DNA of 64,000 nt. It comes from Candidatus Jordarchaeales archaeon (GTDB lineage Archaea; Asgardarchaeota; Jordiarchaeia; Jordiarchaeales; Freyrarchaeaceae). Numbering within the stretch: the first letter of the stretch is position 1; each line of letters starts with the position of its first letter. A program made the translations under genes and the position numbers. Below the pieces are notes generated by a model that saw nothing but the letters and a program-made list of their open reading frames with translations, searched no databases and was not told the DNA's origin. Shown here piece by piece: positions 9,703-19,655 of the stretch. The DNA is taken from NCBI GenBank assembly GCA_038858525.1, contig JAWCFL010000005.1:9192-73191 (forward strand), read 5' to 3'.

Positions 9703-10038
9703 TTAGTAGTCTAGCTCCTTGATCTTCTTAAGAACTCGTGGTTTAACTTTTGCTTTGCTCAGGGGAGTTTCCTCTTCAAATAAGACTTCTTCCTCTTCCT
9801 CGGGAGCTTCTTTCTGCTCCCTTTTGAGGGATAACCCGCATGTCGAGTCCTTCTGTAGCTGTCCCTTGACGCATATGGCATATTTGCATGATGGCCCCTG
9901 ACATGGGTCCTCAGCCCACTGACACCATATGAGCTTTCTGTTCCCTGAGTGTACTATCCTCATACTTTTGTTGGCGCACCTGAAAAGCTTGCAGAAGGGC
10001 GTACACCGCTTCGTGCTTGACAAACTCATTAGCCCCAA
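9703..10038 (-). CDS. small Cys-rich (probable zinc-binding) protein with an acidic then lysine-rich C-terminal tail
   Basis: 111 aa with several Cys/His in 'CTPFCKLFRC...H...C..W...C.GPSC...C', followed by an 'EEEEEVLFEEE...KAKVKPRVLKKIK' tail. No family recognised. Confidence 0.45.
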   Translation of the reverse strand: MGLMSLSSTKRCTPFCKLFRCANKSMRIVHSGNRKLIWCQWAEDPCQGPSCKYAICVKGQLQKDSTCGLSLKREQKEAPEEEEEVLFEEETPLSKAKVKPRVLKKIKELDY

Positions 10039-10093
10039 AACAGAGCTTTCAAAGAACTCAGAAAACTAATTAATAAATAAAATTTACGATCAA

Positions 10094-10660
10094 TCACCCG
10101 TCTCTCTCGCCTTCCCACCTTTTATAGAGGTTGTGTGGCACTTTTAAGACATCGAATATTTTTCCAACAATAAAATCCACTAGGTCTTTCACAGTTTTCG
10201 GTGAGTGGTAGAACGCCGGCATAGCGGGCAATATCACTGCCCCCGCAATCTTAGCCCGCATCATGTTCTCTATGTGAACAAGATTTAGAGGGGTCTCCCG
10301 GAGAACAAGTATTAGGGGCCTGCCCTCCGAGAGGGCGCAGTCCGCCGCTCTTCTTATCAACGTGTCCGCTTGTCCTGTAGCTATCGCTGCCAAGGTTGCC
10401 ATGGAGCATGGAACAATAACTACAGCGTCTACCGGGTACGATCCACTAGCTATTGGTGCTGCCAAGTTATTGTTTTCGAACACTTGCGTAGCTAACTCGT
10501 AAAGCTTCTCTATATCAACTTCGAGCTCGAACCTGATCACTTTCTTGGCGGCATCCGAGATAACCAGAATAACTTCATCCCCTCTTTTCCTTAACTCTTC
10601 CAGAAGTCTGTATGCATATATGGCTCCGCTCGCCCCAGTAATCCCAACAACAACTTTCAC
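10094..10660 (-). CDS. ubiX: flavin prenyltransferase UbiX/Pad1
   Basis: 188 aa. Flavoprotein N-terminus 'MKVVVGITGASGAIYAYRLLEEL'. 4-nt overlap with the downstream moeA. Confidence 0.85.
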   Translation of the reverse strand: MKVVVGITGASGAIYAYRLLEELRKRGDEVILVISDAAKKVIRFELEVDIEKLYELATQVFENNNLAAPIASGSYPVDAVVIVPCSMATLAAIATGQADTLIRRAADCALSEGRPLILVLRETPLNLVHIENMMRAKIAGAVILPAMPAFYHSPKTVKDLVDFIVGKIFDVLKVPHNLYKRWEGERDG

Positions 10661-11922
10661 GGCGTCTCCTCCCTGAAGTCATCAATTTCCCAGATCGGCC
10701 TGAAAAGCCTCACGGTAACTTCCTCGCCTTGCTCTATGAAGCTTCGGTTTGCTTTTATTTCTATGTAGCCGTGGCTTGATGAAAGAGTTGTTATTGCCTC
10801 AGACCCAGTAGGAGTAGGATAAACCTTTAAGTCATCTTCCTTCCTAAGTATTACAGGCTTAAACTCAAGCCTTCCCTCCTCGGAGAATATTCTAACGCCC
10901 GCTCTTGCCTTGACTTTCATACCTTCACGCGGGGGGAGACGTGACCACTTCCTTATGTAAGGGTCAACTATAACGTAGTAGGTCAAAAGAGCTGAAGTAG
11001 GATATCCGGGAAGCATGAAGACGGGTTTACCTCTATATGATGCTACTACTGTAGGCTTACCAGGCTTCATGGCTAATCCATGAACCATAAAATCGAGTGG
11101 CCCCAACTCTCGCAGAGCAGATGGAACAGCATCTCCAGGTCCCTTAGATGTTCCACCTGAAAACACTACTACGTCACAAGTCGCAAGCGCCTCTCTTAAA
11201 GCTCTCACCAGCATCTCCTTGTTATCCCTTAAAACCCCAATGTAGACTGGCTCTCCTCCTGAAGCTCTAATAGCATTAACCAAAGTGACAGAGTTCACGT
11301 CATATATCTTCCCAAGTCTCAGCTCGTCTCCGAGTTTGATGAGTTCATCGCCTGTGCTCGCGACAGCAACTCTCAGTTTCCCATAAACTCGTACTTTGCC
11401 TACACCTGTAGCTGCTATTGCACCAACATCTTGCGGTGACAGCACCCTTCCTCCTCTAATGAGGACCTCCCCCTTTCTTATATCCCTCCCCGCCTCCACG
11501 ATATTTTCTCCAGGCGTTACGGCCTTGTACACGTTTACGTACCCTTCTCTTTCAACGGTATACTCCACCATGACAACAGCATCCGCCCCCTCAGGTATCA
11601 GGGCGCCAGTAGCCACTCTAACACACGTCTTATCTCTCACCTCTGGAGTTTGCTCGTCGCCTGCTTTAACCTCACCCACCACTTTCAAACTCACAGGATT
11701 TACCTCTCCTGCACTAAACGTGTCTTTTGCGACGACTGCATATCCATCCCTAGCCGCCCTCCTAAAATGAGGAACATCAACTGGGGACTTGAAGTCCTCC
11801 ACCAAAACCCTCCCCAACGCGTCCCAAATGCCGACCTCCACTACGGGAGGCGTCACGTCAATTTTATCCAGCTTTGAGAAAAGCTCCTCTAGAGAAGTTA
11901 CCGAGTAAAACAGCTCCCTCAC
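10657..11922 (-). CDS. moeA: molybdopterin molybdotransferase MoeA
   Basis: 421 aa. MoeA N/linker domains and a MoCF-biosynthesis domain 'FSGGTSKG'. Confidence 0.85.
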   Translation of the reverse strand: MRELFYSVTSLEELFSKLDKIDVTPPVVEVGIWDALGRVLVEDFKSPVDVPHFRRAARDGYAVVAKDTFSAGEVNPVSLKVVGEVKAGDEQTPEVRDKTCVRVATGALIPEGADAVVMVEYTVEREGYVNVYKAVTPGENIVEAGRDIRKGEVLIRGGRVLSPQDVGAIAATGVGKVRVYGKLRVAVASTGDELIKLGDELRLGKIYDVNSVTLVNAIRASGGEPVYIGVLRDNKEMLVRALREALATCDVVVFSGGTSKGPGDAVPSALRELGPLDFMVHGLAMKPGKPTVVASYRGKPVFMLPGYPTSALLTYYVIVDPYIRKWSRLPPREGMKVKARAGVRIFSEEGRLEFKPVILRKEDDLKVYPTPTGSEAITTLSSSHGYIEIKANRSFIEQGEEVTVRLFRPIWEIDDFREETP

Positions 11923-11932
11923 GAAATACCCC

Positions 11933-13183
11933 CTAGAAAAAATATTGGAAAAGCTTAACCTTTACTTTCTCTCCCTCGTCAAACCCCTCAATATCTTCGG
12001 GGATTTCAACTACTCCGTCAGCCCTCGTCATGCTGCTCAGTATGCCTGAACCAGCAGCCATCAACGGAATTGCCACAAGGCCTTTTTCGCTTTCCTCAAG
12101 CTTAACTCTAAGAAAGTCCCGTCTACCAAGTGTAGAGGGGACACGTCTAGTTAAAACGGCCTCAACAACCGGTCTTGGGTCAAGCTTCCTTGCTCCAAGC
12201 ATTTTCCTTATAGAGGGAGCCACAATGCTTTCAAAGGCAATCATGGCTGCTACGGGAAATCCTGGAAGGCAAAAGACGGGTTTCTGGCTTACAAAGAACA
12301 CCGCTGTCGGTCCCCCCGGCCTTATGGTTAAGCCATGTGCTACTTTTTTCCCTCCAAACTCCTCCACGATGTCGGACATGTAGTCGTATTTTCCCACTGA
12401 GGTTCCTCCCGAGAAAACTGCCATGTCAAACGTTAAAGCCTTCTCTACCGCAATCCTTAATGCGTTGCGTTCGTCAGGGAAAATACCTAGGTAAACTGGC
12501 CTACCACCATAAATCCTAGTTAGGGTTGCCAGCACGTGCTCGTTTGACGCGACAACCTGTCCCACTCCCGGCTCTTCGTTTACATCAACAAGTTCGCTTC
12601 CAGTCGAGGCTATGGCGACCTTTGGCTTTACCGCAACGCTTATCTCTCTAATTCCGCACTGAAGCAGCAAGCCTATTTCCTGAGGGCGGATGACGTCGCC
12701 GTCAGCAACTACAACATCTCCCGCCTTAACATCCTCGCCTTTGCGTGAAACATTTTGAAATGGAGCCACCGGCCTGTAAACGTAAAGATCTCCCTCACTT
12801 ATTGAAGTGTACTCCACCATTACGACAGCATTCGCTCCTTTAGGCATGGGTGCCCCAGTGGATATCTGAGCAGCTTCTCCTTTTCTAACTTCAACATCCG
12901 GCGTTTTTCCAACAACGCATTCCCCCACTAGCTTCAGCTTTGCAGGTTTTTCCTGACTACACTTGAACGTATCCTCAGCAACTACGGCGTATCCATCCAT
13001 CGCGGCCCTGTCAAAATGAGGGACGTCGCGCTCCGCTTTTATGTCGCCGTAGGCGATGCGTCCTAAAGCTGAAACAGTCGGAACCCTTTCAGGCGGCATC
13101 CTGGGAAGAGCTGGAAGAACTTCTTCTAGAACTTCTTTAAGAGTCCTCCTTTCGCTGAAACCTTTCATTCTTACTGAGCTCAT
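11933..13183 (-). CDS. moeA: molybdopterin molybdotransferase MoeA (second paralog)
   Basis: 416 aa. Paralogous to the adjacent MoeA ('FSGGTSVGKYD'). Confidence 0.85.
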   Translation of the reverse strand: MSSVRMKGFSERRTLKEVLEEVLPALPRMPPERVPTVSALGRIAYGDIKAERDVPHFDRAAMDGYAVVAEDTFKCSQEKPAKLKLVGECVVGKTPDVEVRKGEAAQISTGAPMPKGANAVVMVEYTSISEGDLYVYRPVAPFQNVSRKGEDVKAGDVVVADGDVIRPQEIGLLLQCGIREISVAVKPKVAIASTGSELVDVNEEPGVGQVVASNEHVLATLTRIYGGRPVYLGIFPDERNALRIAVEKALTFDMAVFSGGTSVGKYDYMSDIVEEFGGKKVAHGLTIRPGGPTAVFFVSQKPVFCLPGFPVAAMIAFESIVAPSIRKMLGARKLDPRPVVEAVLTRRVPSTLGRRDFLRVKLEESEKGLVAIPLMAAGSGILSSMTRADGVVEIPEDIEGFDEGEKVKVKLFQYFF

Positions 13184-13724
13184 TACTTGTTCCCCCCTCT
13201 TTGATGTGAAATGCCAAATGCCCGGCTTCCGGGAGGATTAGCTTGGTTAGCGCGGTATAAACCGCATTTGGTGAGCCAGGAAGGCAAAAGATAGGCGTTC
13301 CTTTATACACCCCCGCATCAGCCCGCGTGAGCATAGCTGCAGAACCTATCTCGTTGTAGCTTTCAAACCTCAGAAGCTCACCAAATCCCGGAATTCTTTT
13401 CTCGAAAAGCTGACTCAACGCTTCTAAGGTTACGTCTCTTCTCGAAAACCCTGTTCCTCCAGAAGTTACAATCACATCTGCCCCGCTATTCGCAGCACGT
13501 TTAACCGCCTCAATTATCATTTCAGCTTCATCGGGAACAACATCCCGTAAAATAAGCTTGTGGCCAGCCTCTTCAACCAGCCTCCTGAAGACCGGCGTTG
13601 TTTCATCACTACTTTCTTTTCCCTCTTTCCACTCTCTATAGCGCGTGTCACTTATTATTATGAGAGCAAAATTCAATGATCCTGCATTTTTTCTGTGCTT
13701 ATGATGCGTTGGTTCAGGCTTCAC
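13137..13724 (-). CDS. MoaB/MogA-family molybdopterin adenylyltransferase
   Basis: 195 aa. 'VIVTSGGTGFSRRDVT' and 'GTPIFCLPGSPNAV' motifs. Confidence 0.8.
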   Translation of the reverse strand: MKPEPTHHKHRKNAGSLNFALIIISDTRYREWKEGKESSDETTPVFRRLVEEAGHKLILRDVVPDEAEMIIEAVKRAANSGADVIVTSGGTGFSRRDVTLEALSQLFEKRIPGFGELLRFESYNEIGSAAMLTRADAGVYKGTPIFCLPGSPNAVYTALTKLILPEAGHLAFHIKEGGTSNELSKNERFQRKEDS

Positions 13725-14167
13725 CCTTTCTCCTCCTTCAGCTTATTGACGACTCGCACCTCCTCTATTACTGTTTCAGGATACTGCCCGTACTCGTCTT
13801 TTTCGTACTGCTTACACATATCCCAAACTACGAGCAAGGCTATGGAGACAGCTGTTAACGCCTCCATTTCGACCCCTGTTTTCCCCACAGACCTAACTGT
13901 CGCTTTAACCTCAACAAACGAGTCGCCAGCCTCCACATCTATATCCACGCCAGTTATCGGTATCGGGTGGCAGAGCGGTATAAGCTCCGGCGTCTTCTTA
14001 GCTGCCAAAATCCCTGCTATCTGAGCTGCTGCCACCACGTCTCCCTTATCGATCCTTCCTTCCTTTATCCTCCTCACGGTATCTGTTTTAAGCCTTATTC
14101 TTCCTCTTGCCTCAGCAACTCTTAAAACATCATGTTTCTCCCCTACGTCCACCATTTTTACCTTCAA
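13721..14167 (-). CDS. moaC: cyclic pyranopterin monophosphate synthase MoaC
   Basis: 148 aa. 'MVDVGEK', 'GDVVAAAQIAGILAAKKT', 'EMEALTAVSIALLVVWDMCK'. Confidence 0.85.
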   Translation of the reverse strand: MKVKMVDVGEKHDVLRVAEARGRIRLKTDTVRRIKEGRIDKGDVVAAAQIAGILAAKKTPELIPLCHPIPITGVDIDVEAGDSFVEVKATVRSVGKTGVEMEALTAVSIALLVVWDMCKQYEKDEYGQYPETVIEEVRVVNKLKEEKG

Positions 14168-14249
14168 GTATAGACACCTCAGCTAATTAACGTAAGAAAT
14201 CAGATTTAAACCATTTTCATGTATTATTAGCCTAAGACTACTCTGGCGG

Positions 14250-15044
14250 GTGCTACTATTGTTCGTTTTTCAATTTGTGGGTTTAGGCAGGCATGTAGGC
14301 AAGACGTCAATCATAGTGCAGCTAGTGAAGCTTTTCAGTGAGAAAGGGTTAAGAGTTGGGGTGATTAAACACGGCCACAGCTATGACCCAGCATTCGACT
14401 TAAAAAGTGGGGAAGATGCTAAAGACACTGTAAGGTTCACTGAAGCAGGATCCGTGGTCACGATAGTGATGACGAACAAGTCGACTGTGACCATCACAGC
14501 CGTCGGGAGCCTTGAAAGAGTAATAGAGAATCTCTTAAGCCAAGTGGACGTAGTATTTCTGGAAGGTTTTAAGGAAGAAGAATGTTACCCCCGGATCATA
14601 GTGGCGGAGGCTGTTAGTGATGTTTCCCAACTGCTAACCAGTAACACTATAGCGGTTACAGGAAACGCGGCGGTAGCATGCTACGAGGAACTTAAGCATC
14701 ATCATCCTTCACTCAGCATTGCTAAGAGTGCTGAAGAGCTAGCTGAGGTCCTCTACTCTTTCATTATTGAAAAAGTCGTGGAGAAAGTTGGAGGTAAAAG
14801 TTGCGGCGTCTGCGGTCATCCCAATTGTGAAGCGTTCATTGAATCATTAAGAACAGGGAAAGCTAAGCCAACAGCCTGCCCCCAAGTTTCCCCTAGAGTC
14901 TCACTGTATCTAGATGGAAAACCTTTACCTTTAAATCCGTTCGTTCAGTCAATGATTGAAAACACCTTACGTGGAATGCTGAGATCCCTTAAGGGTGTTG
15001 GAAGACATAAGAGAGTGGAAGTCTTCATATCCTCTCCTCCTTGA
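14250..15044 (+). CDS. mobB: molybdopterin-guanine dinucleotide biosynthesis adapter MobB with a C-terminal Cys-rich extension
   Basis: P-loop 'GKTSII', 'GVIKHGHSYD', plus a C-terminal 'CGVCGHPNCEAF...ACPQ' domain. Confidence 0.75.
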   Translation: MLLLFVFQFVGLGRHVGKTSIIVQLVKLFSEKGLRVGVIKHGHSYDPAFDLKSGEDAKDTVRFTEAGSVVTIVMTNKSTVTITAVGSLERVIENLLSQVDVVFLEGFKEEECYPRIIVAEAVSDVSQLLTSNTIAVTGNAAVACYEELKHHHPSLSIAKSAEELAEVLYSFIIEKVVEKVGGKSCGVCGHPNCEAFIESLRTGKAKPTACPQVSPRVSLYLDGKPLPLNPFVQSMIENTLRGMLRSLKGVGRHKRVEVFISSPP

Positions 15045-15108
15045 ATAACAAGAAACCTAGAATCTGCATCGAGAAGCAACATTTCCCTCCTTAGCTAGTT
15101 AGGGAAGG

Positions 15109-15951
15109 TTGCCTACTGGAGGGAGTGATTTGCGTTACGCTGTCAAGCTTGCATATATTGGCTCAAACTACTTTGGATTTCAGCGTCAGCCGTCAAAGAT
15201 TACTGTGGAAGCCGTCCTCCTCGAAGCGATGCGCAGAGCCGGACTGTTCTCCGACCCTAAGGAAGCTAGATATTCTTCTGCTGGGAGGACTGATAGAGGA
15301 GTTCACGCTTTAAGTCAGGTTGTTGCATTCAATTCAAATGCACCACTCTCCCTCCCAAGAATTAACGCTTTTCTGCCGATGGATGTGCGATGCTGGGCTT
15401 ACGCCTTTGTTCCTGATGATTTTAATCCAAGAAGGGATGCAATACTGAGAACTTACAAATACTATGTTGCTTGGAGGGGGGAAGATCTAGACTGCATGAA
15501 GGAAGCTGCATCACTACTTTTAGGGACGCATGACTTCAGAAACTTCTGTAAGCCTCGCAAAGGCGAGTCAACCATTAGGACACTAAACCAGGTTAGCGTC
15601 GAGGCACAGGGAAAATTACTGTGCTTCACCCTTTCAGCCAAGAGCTTCCTTTGGAGCATGGTGAGAAAGATAGTTTCCGTCTTACTCATGGTCGGGGCGG
15701 GATTAAAGAACGTCGACTTCGTCTCTTCACTCCTTAATCCTGACCTTAATCCAAGAGAAGGAATAAAGCCAGCTGACCCAGAGGGGCTAATACTCTACGA
15801 CATAGAGTATCCTTTCAGGTTTAAGGTATGTGAAAAAAGTAGAAAACTTCTCATAGACTATTTGAATAAGAAGCTTCACACTACTATTGCTCTTTCATCA
15901 GTCTACCATGCATTGATAGAAGGTATAACTACTAACTCAAGATTTTCTTGA
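15109..15951 (+). CDS. truA: tRNA pseudouridine(38-40) synthase TruA
   Basis: 280 aa. Catalytic 'AGRTDRGVHALSQVV', 'GTHDFRNF'. Confidence 0.85.
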   Translation: MPTGGSDLRYAVKLAYIGSNYFGFQRQPSKITVEAVLLEAMRRAGLFSDPKEARYSSAGRTDRGVHALSQVVAFNSNAPLSLPRINAFLPMDVRCWAYAFVPDDFNPRRDAILRTYKYYVAWRGEDLDCMKEAASLLLGTHDFRNFCKPRKGESTIRTLNQVSVEAQGKLLCFTLSAKSFLWSMVRKIVSVLLMVGAGLKNVDFVSSLLNPDLNPREGIKPADPEGLILYDIEYPFRFKVCEKSRKLLIDYLNKKLHTTIALSSVYHALIEGITTNSRFS

Positions 15952-17203
15952 CCTTTTCAGCGGCTTCCTTAGAGACTAAAAACTCAATAGCCTCTGGCTC
16001 GATGCCAAGCCATTTAACCAACTTTGCCCCAACCTCCGGGTTAGCCTCGATGATGAATTTAATGTAGGGGAGGTATGACAGAAAAGCCTCCTTAGAGGAA
16101 ACATGACACTTCTCACCTACCTTACTGGCTATGCCTCCCAGGGCGTTCCTTCTAGCTCTAGCAGCACTCATATCCTTCACCCAGCTTGGAAACTGGTATT
16201 TTGGCGCACCTCCTCCACTCGTCTCCCTTGAAAGAGAAACTCCTGCTGACATCAATGCGAAAACATACGATAGTAACCCCCAATGTTGCCTATTCCTTAT
16301 TCTTCCAAGAAACACATCTGCCCTAGAAAGAGCATTGTAGGCGTCTGCTAGCTCTTTGGGGTGCTGCATGTGCTGCCACGCGTTTTCGCACATCCACTGC
16401 ATGAGTAACTCGTAGTCCACATCAGACGAGGATGCCGCCATGATCATGCCCTGTGCACTCTTACCATAAAATATCGCTTTAAGCGTATCAAATACGCTTT
16501 TCTCTTGATCTCTCAATGAGAGAACACCCAAATCATCCATAGTTATGCTTCTCCTCCCCTCAGCCACCATTTGAAGGTCGTTGATAGCAGCCCTCAAATC
16601 ACCCTTAGCGTTTTCAGCTATTTTCTTTAGAACTAGCGGGTCAGCATCCACTCCTTCTCTTTCACATATCTTAGCCAAAACACTGGCCACCACGTTAGAC
16701 CTAATCCTATTGTACCTTATAAGTTCACAGAAATCCCTTATGGGAGCAAGCTTGGGGTCCCACGCATCATTGGCAACTAAGATAACCGGATAAACTGTCT
16801 TCTTCAGGATCTCTACAAGCCCACTTATGCCGCCCTTATCCTCGCTCCCGCTTATCCCGTCAACCTCGTCAACCAGAATAACTCTTTTTCCTCCCTTAAC
16901 CAGAGAAGAGAGAGAGGATGCTGCACCCACTGTCCTCCGGATTTCGTCTAAGCTTCTCTTGTCGCTTGCATTCACCTCTACCAAGTCATACCCTAATTCG
17001 TTAATTGCAGCATAAACCGAAGCCGTCTTACCCACGCCGGCAGGTCCCCAGAGGAGGAGCGCCTTAGGTTTCCGATCTGGGTGCCAGTTCAAGATAAACT
17101 CGACAACTCTCTCCGCCGCCTTCCTGTTCTCGACAACCTCACTTACTTTTCTTGGAGCATACTTTTCCGCCCAAAGTAATCTAGACATTTTTTCACCCAC
17201 CAA
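15932..17203 (-). CDS. rfcL: replication factor C large subunit
   Basis: 423 aa. '[12 protein letters not shown]', 'LVDEVDGI'. Overlaps rfcS at its start. Confidence 0.85.
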   Translation of the reverse strand: MVGEKMSRLLWAEKYAPRKVSEVVENRKAAERVVEFILNWHPDRKPKALLLWGPAGVGKTASVYAAINELGYDLVEVNASDKRSLDEIRRTVGAASSLSSLVKGGKRVILVDEVDGISGSEDKGGISGLVEILKKTVYPVILVANDAWDPKLAPIRDFCELIRYNRIRSNVVASVLAKICEREGVDADPLVLKKIAENAKGDLRAAINDLQMVAEGRRSITMDDLGVLSLRDQEKSVFDTLKAIFYGKSAQGMIMAASSSDVDYELLMQWMCENAWQHMQHPKELADAYNALSRADVFLGRIRNRQHWGLLSYVFALMSAGVSLSRETSGGGAPKYQFPSWVKDMSAARARRNALGGIASKVGEKCHVSSKEAFLSYLPYIKFIIEANPEVGAKLVKWLGIEPEAIEFLVSKEAAEKVKKILS

Positions 17204-18167
17204 TCTGCGAGCCTACATAGGCGAACTTTGCAAGAAGAGCGCTGAGCTGAATCTCCTCATCCGCCCCCTCACTCATCCTGAAGTCTATTTCTCCGACAGT
17301 ATCCGCTAGCTGAGCCTTCCACCTCTCAGGAATATCTAAGTTGAAAAGTTCCCTATGTATCTGTCTGACAACATCTATTCCCGAGAGCCCATACGTTACT
17401 AAGAGGTCATGTAACTTTTTCCTAGCTTTCACAAAGTCCCCTTTAAGCGCTAGACCGATCATTTCGCGTACCTCCTCCGGCCTCGCCTTGCCAGTAACCA
17501 TGAAGACTGAGTCGGCTGTAACAGAGCCACCTATCGCTGCGGCCGCCTGGAGCGTGTTTATTGCACGCCGTAAGTCTCCTCCACACACGTAAAGGATCGC
17601 CTCTATACCGCTGTCATCCAGCATCACTCCTTCTCTCTCAGCTACGTAGAGAAGGCGCCTTGCCAAATCTTCCTTACTCAGGGGCGAAAACCTGAAAAGT
17701 GCGCACCTTGACTGTATTGGCTCAATTATCTTGCTGGAGTAGTTGACTACAAGTATGAACCTGCACGTTCTAGTGAAGCGCTCCATTGTTCTTCTCAAAG
17801 CTTGCTGTGCCTCTTGGGTGAGTGCGTCAGCTTCATCCAGCACCAGGATCTTAAAGGGTACTTCGCCGAGCGGCATTGTCCTAGCAAAATCCTTAACGAT
17901 GCCTCTGATCACATCGATGCCTCTCGCATCGCTCGCGTTAAGTTCCAGAAAGTTTCCTTGAAAATGCTCTCCGAAAAGATCATGAGCCAAACAAAGAGCC
18001 GCTGTGGTCTTGCCGGTGCCGGGCGGCCCTGAAAAAAGGCAATGAGGCATGTCCTTCTTCTCAACGAACGTCCGAAGCCTAGAGACGATCTCTGCCTGAT
18101 TCACTATCTCGCTCAGAGTTCTAGGCCTATATTTTTCAGTCCACATTAATGCTTCCTCGCTCGCCAA
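17193..18167 (-). CDS. rfcS: replication factor C small subunit
   Basis: 324 aa. '[12 protein letters not shown]', '[10 protein letters not shown]', and the SRC motif '[13 protein letters not shown]'. Confidence 0.9.
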   Translation of the reverse strand: MASEEALMWTEKYRPRTLSEIVNQAEIVSRLRTFVEKKDMPHCLFSGPPGTGKTTAALCLAHDLFGEHFQGNFLELNASDARGIDVIRGIVKDFARTMPLGEVPFKILVLDEADALTQEAQQALRRTMERFTRTCRFILVVNYSSKIIEPIQSRCALFRFSPLSKEDLARRLLYVAEREGVMLDDSGIEAILYVCGGDLRRAINTLQAAAAIGGSVTADSVFMVTGKARPEEVREMIGLALKGDFVKARKKLHDLLVTYGLSGIDVVRQIHRELFNLDIPERWKAQLADTVGEIDFRMSEGADEEIQLSALLAKFAYVGSQIGG

Positions 18168-18239
18168 GCGCCCACCTCCAAACCAGGCAAAATACGAACC
18201 ATTCTACTCTAAATTACTTTGCAAAAAGAAAAAGGTTTT

Positions 18240-19154
18240 TCACATGAAAAATCCGTCAATCTTTGTTTTATCCCTGTACGATTCTACTTTTTTATCACTC
18301 TGAAGGAACTTAAGGATGCTTGCTGCCTCATCAAGCCGCCCCCTGACTCCTCCACTAACCTTTGCCTCGCAAAGTAAAATCACCTTTCCAAGATAGTTTT
18401 GTTCCCGTAACACTGAAAGAAAGAACATCCAAGGAACTCCTCCCCTCGCAAGGGGGACGTGCTTTTTTTCTCCTCTTCTCGTGGCAACTACCCCTGAAAT
18501 ATGAACAGGCATCCTATAACCTTTTAGCTGAATGTGGTCGTCTAAAAGCTCCAGGCGCCTTAATATGCCATCCCTCGTAGTTATAAGTCCTCCACGAGCA
18601 TAGTCGTGGGCTATATCCCAACATATAAGACACCCAACTTCCCCCGCAATCCTTACGGTCGTCTCAAAGCTGGCGAAGCTCCCCTTCTTGCCTGCAACTT
18701 CTGGAGCAGGCATAGTCACGTATCCATGCTCTTCCCTTACCTTCATGATTTCCCTTAAGAACTCTTTCACATGTTCCTCAGCATTTTCTCCTGCTGGGCC
18801 GCAGTGAAAGGTTAAATGGTTCGCCAACAAGGCTTCACCAAGCTTAAAATTCATTGTAAAGTGAGCTTTAGCCAGCCTCCTTCTCTTAGAACTAGGCGAT
18901 GAGATAACGAGCGTGTATGGCGCATGAACTCCAATCATTATTCCTTCAAAGGCCATTTTAGCCTCCTCAGCCTGAGCTAAGGACGGATACATCAAACCTT
19001 GGCTTTTAGGGTTAACGTAAAGCCTACATCTTGAAAACGAAAGCTCAACAGCGCTCAGCCCCCTCTCCCTCAGACCATTAGCGGCTTCCTCTAGCGCCTC
19101 TCTCTCGGTAAACCTTGTGAAAGGAAAACCGGCAAACCCAACCATAACGCTCAA
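18240..19154 (-). CDS. nfo: endonuclease IV-like AP endonuclease (xylose-isomerase-like TIM barrel)
   Basis: 'GVHAPYTLV', 'HCGPAG' and 'CLICWDIAH' align to the endonuclease IV signatures (HAPY, CxDTCH-like). Confidence 0.65.
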   Translation of the reverse strand: MSVMVGFAGFPFTRFTEREALEEAANGLRERGLSAVELSFSRCRLYVNPKSQGLMYPSLAQAEEAKMAFEGIMIGVHAPYTLVISSPSSKRRRLAKAHFTMNFKLGEALLANHLTFHCGPAGENAEEHVKEFLREIMKVREEHGYVTMPAPEVAGKKGSFASFETTVRIAGEVGCLICWDIAHDYARGGLITTRDGILRRLELLDDHIQLKGYRMPVHISGVVATRRGEKKHVPLARGGVPWMFFLSVLREQNYLGKVILLCEAKVSGGVRGRLDEAASILKFLQSDKKVESYRDKTKIDGFFM

Positions 19155-19254
19155 CGCTTAAACGCCTCCATACAAAATAGCTCCGTACAAAATAAAAATC
19201 ACCAAATTAAATAAAAATCATCTTCGTGACGGAGACTTTTGATTTAGGAGAAAC

Positions 19255-19261
19255 CTTTTAA
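19255..19261 (+). promoter_or_regulatory. TATA-like box (CTTTTAA) about 26 nt upstream of the ncRNA 5' end
   Basis: Archaeal promoter geometry relative to the predicted 5' end at 19285. Confidence 0.35.
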
Positions 19262-19284
19262 CCCCATCATCACCCATAATTTAT

Positions 19285-19643
19285 GGGTGGTGGGTCTAGG
19301 CGGGCGGCTAGGGGTCGCCTGACGGGGAAGCTCCTGCTTCCCTTGACCGCAAATCCCCTATATGGCGGGCCGAAAGCCGGCGTGAGGCGTCTTCAACTCG
19401 CCACACATCCTTCACGCTAAGGCAATGAAAACTCGTCCCAGAGGGCTGGCGGTGGCCGTCCGCCCTCCGTAGGGAGGGTGTGTTCGGCCTTTACTAGGGA
19501 AAACCGGCTAGGCCCGGGAGAGCCGTCATGGCCTCGATGGAGCAACCTAACCCTAGACGTGTGGCGCTTCTGGGGGTGCGGGTTCGAGACCAAACGTGAA
19601 GGCCGTGGCGAGGGGTGGCGTCGATCGCCGGGACTCACCACCC
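19285..19643 (+). ncRNA. ~360-nt GC-rich structured RNA, most likely signal recognition particle (7S) RNA; RNase P RNA is the alternative
   Basis: Perfect terminal helix 5'-GGGUGGUG...CACCACCC-3'. Internal hairpins such as GGGAAGC-UCCU-GCUUCCC. SRP helix-8-like 'GGAGCAACC'. An upstream TATA and a downstream T-rich tract. No credible ORF. Confidence 0.5.
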
Positions 19644-19655
19644 ACTTCTTTTATC
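19644..19655 (+). terminator. T-rich tract (ACTTCTTTTATC) after the ncRNA
   Basis: Archaeal terminators are oligo-T. It sits immediately 3' of the terminal helix. Confidence 0.3.

Noticed and set aside
19285-19643. Calling the structured RNA RNase P RNA outright
   Set aside because: The canonical P4 'GGAAAGUCCGGGC' and 'AGGGUGAAA' blocks are not present in recognisable form. SRP-like elements fit somewhat better. Kept as an alternative only.
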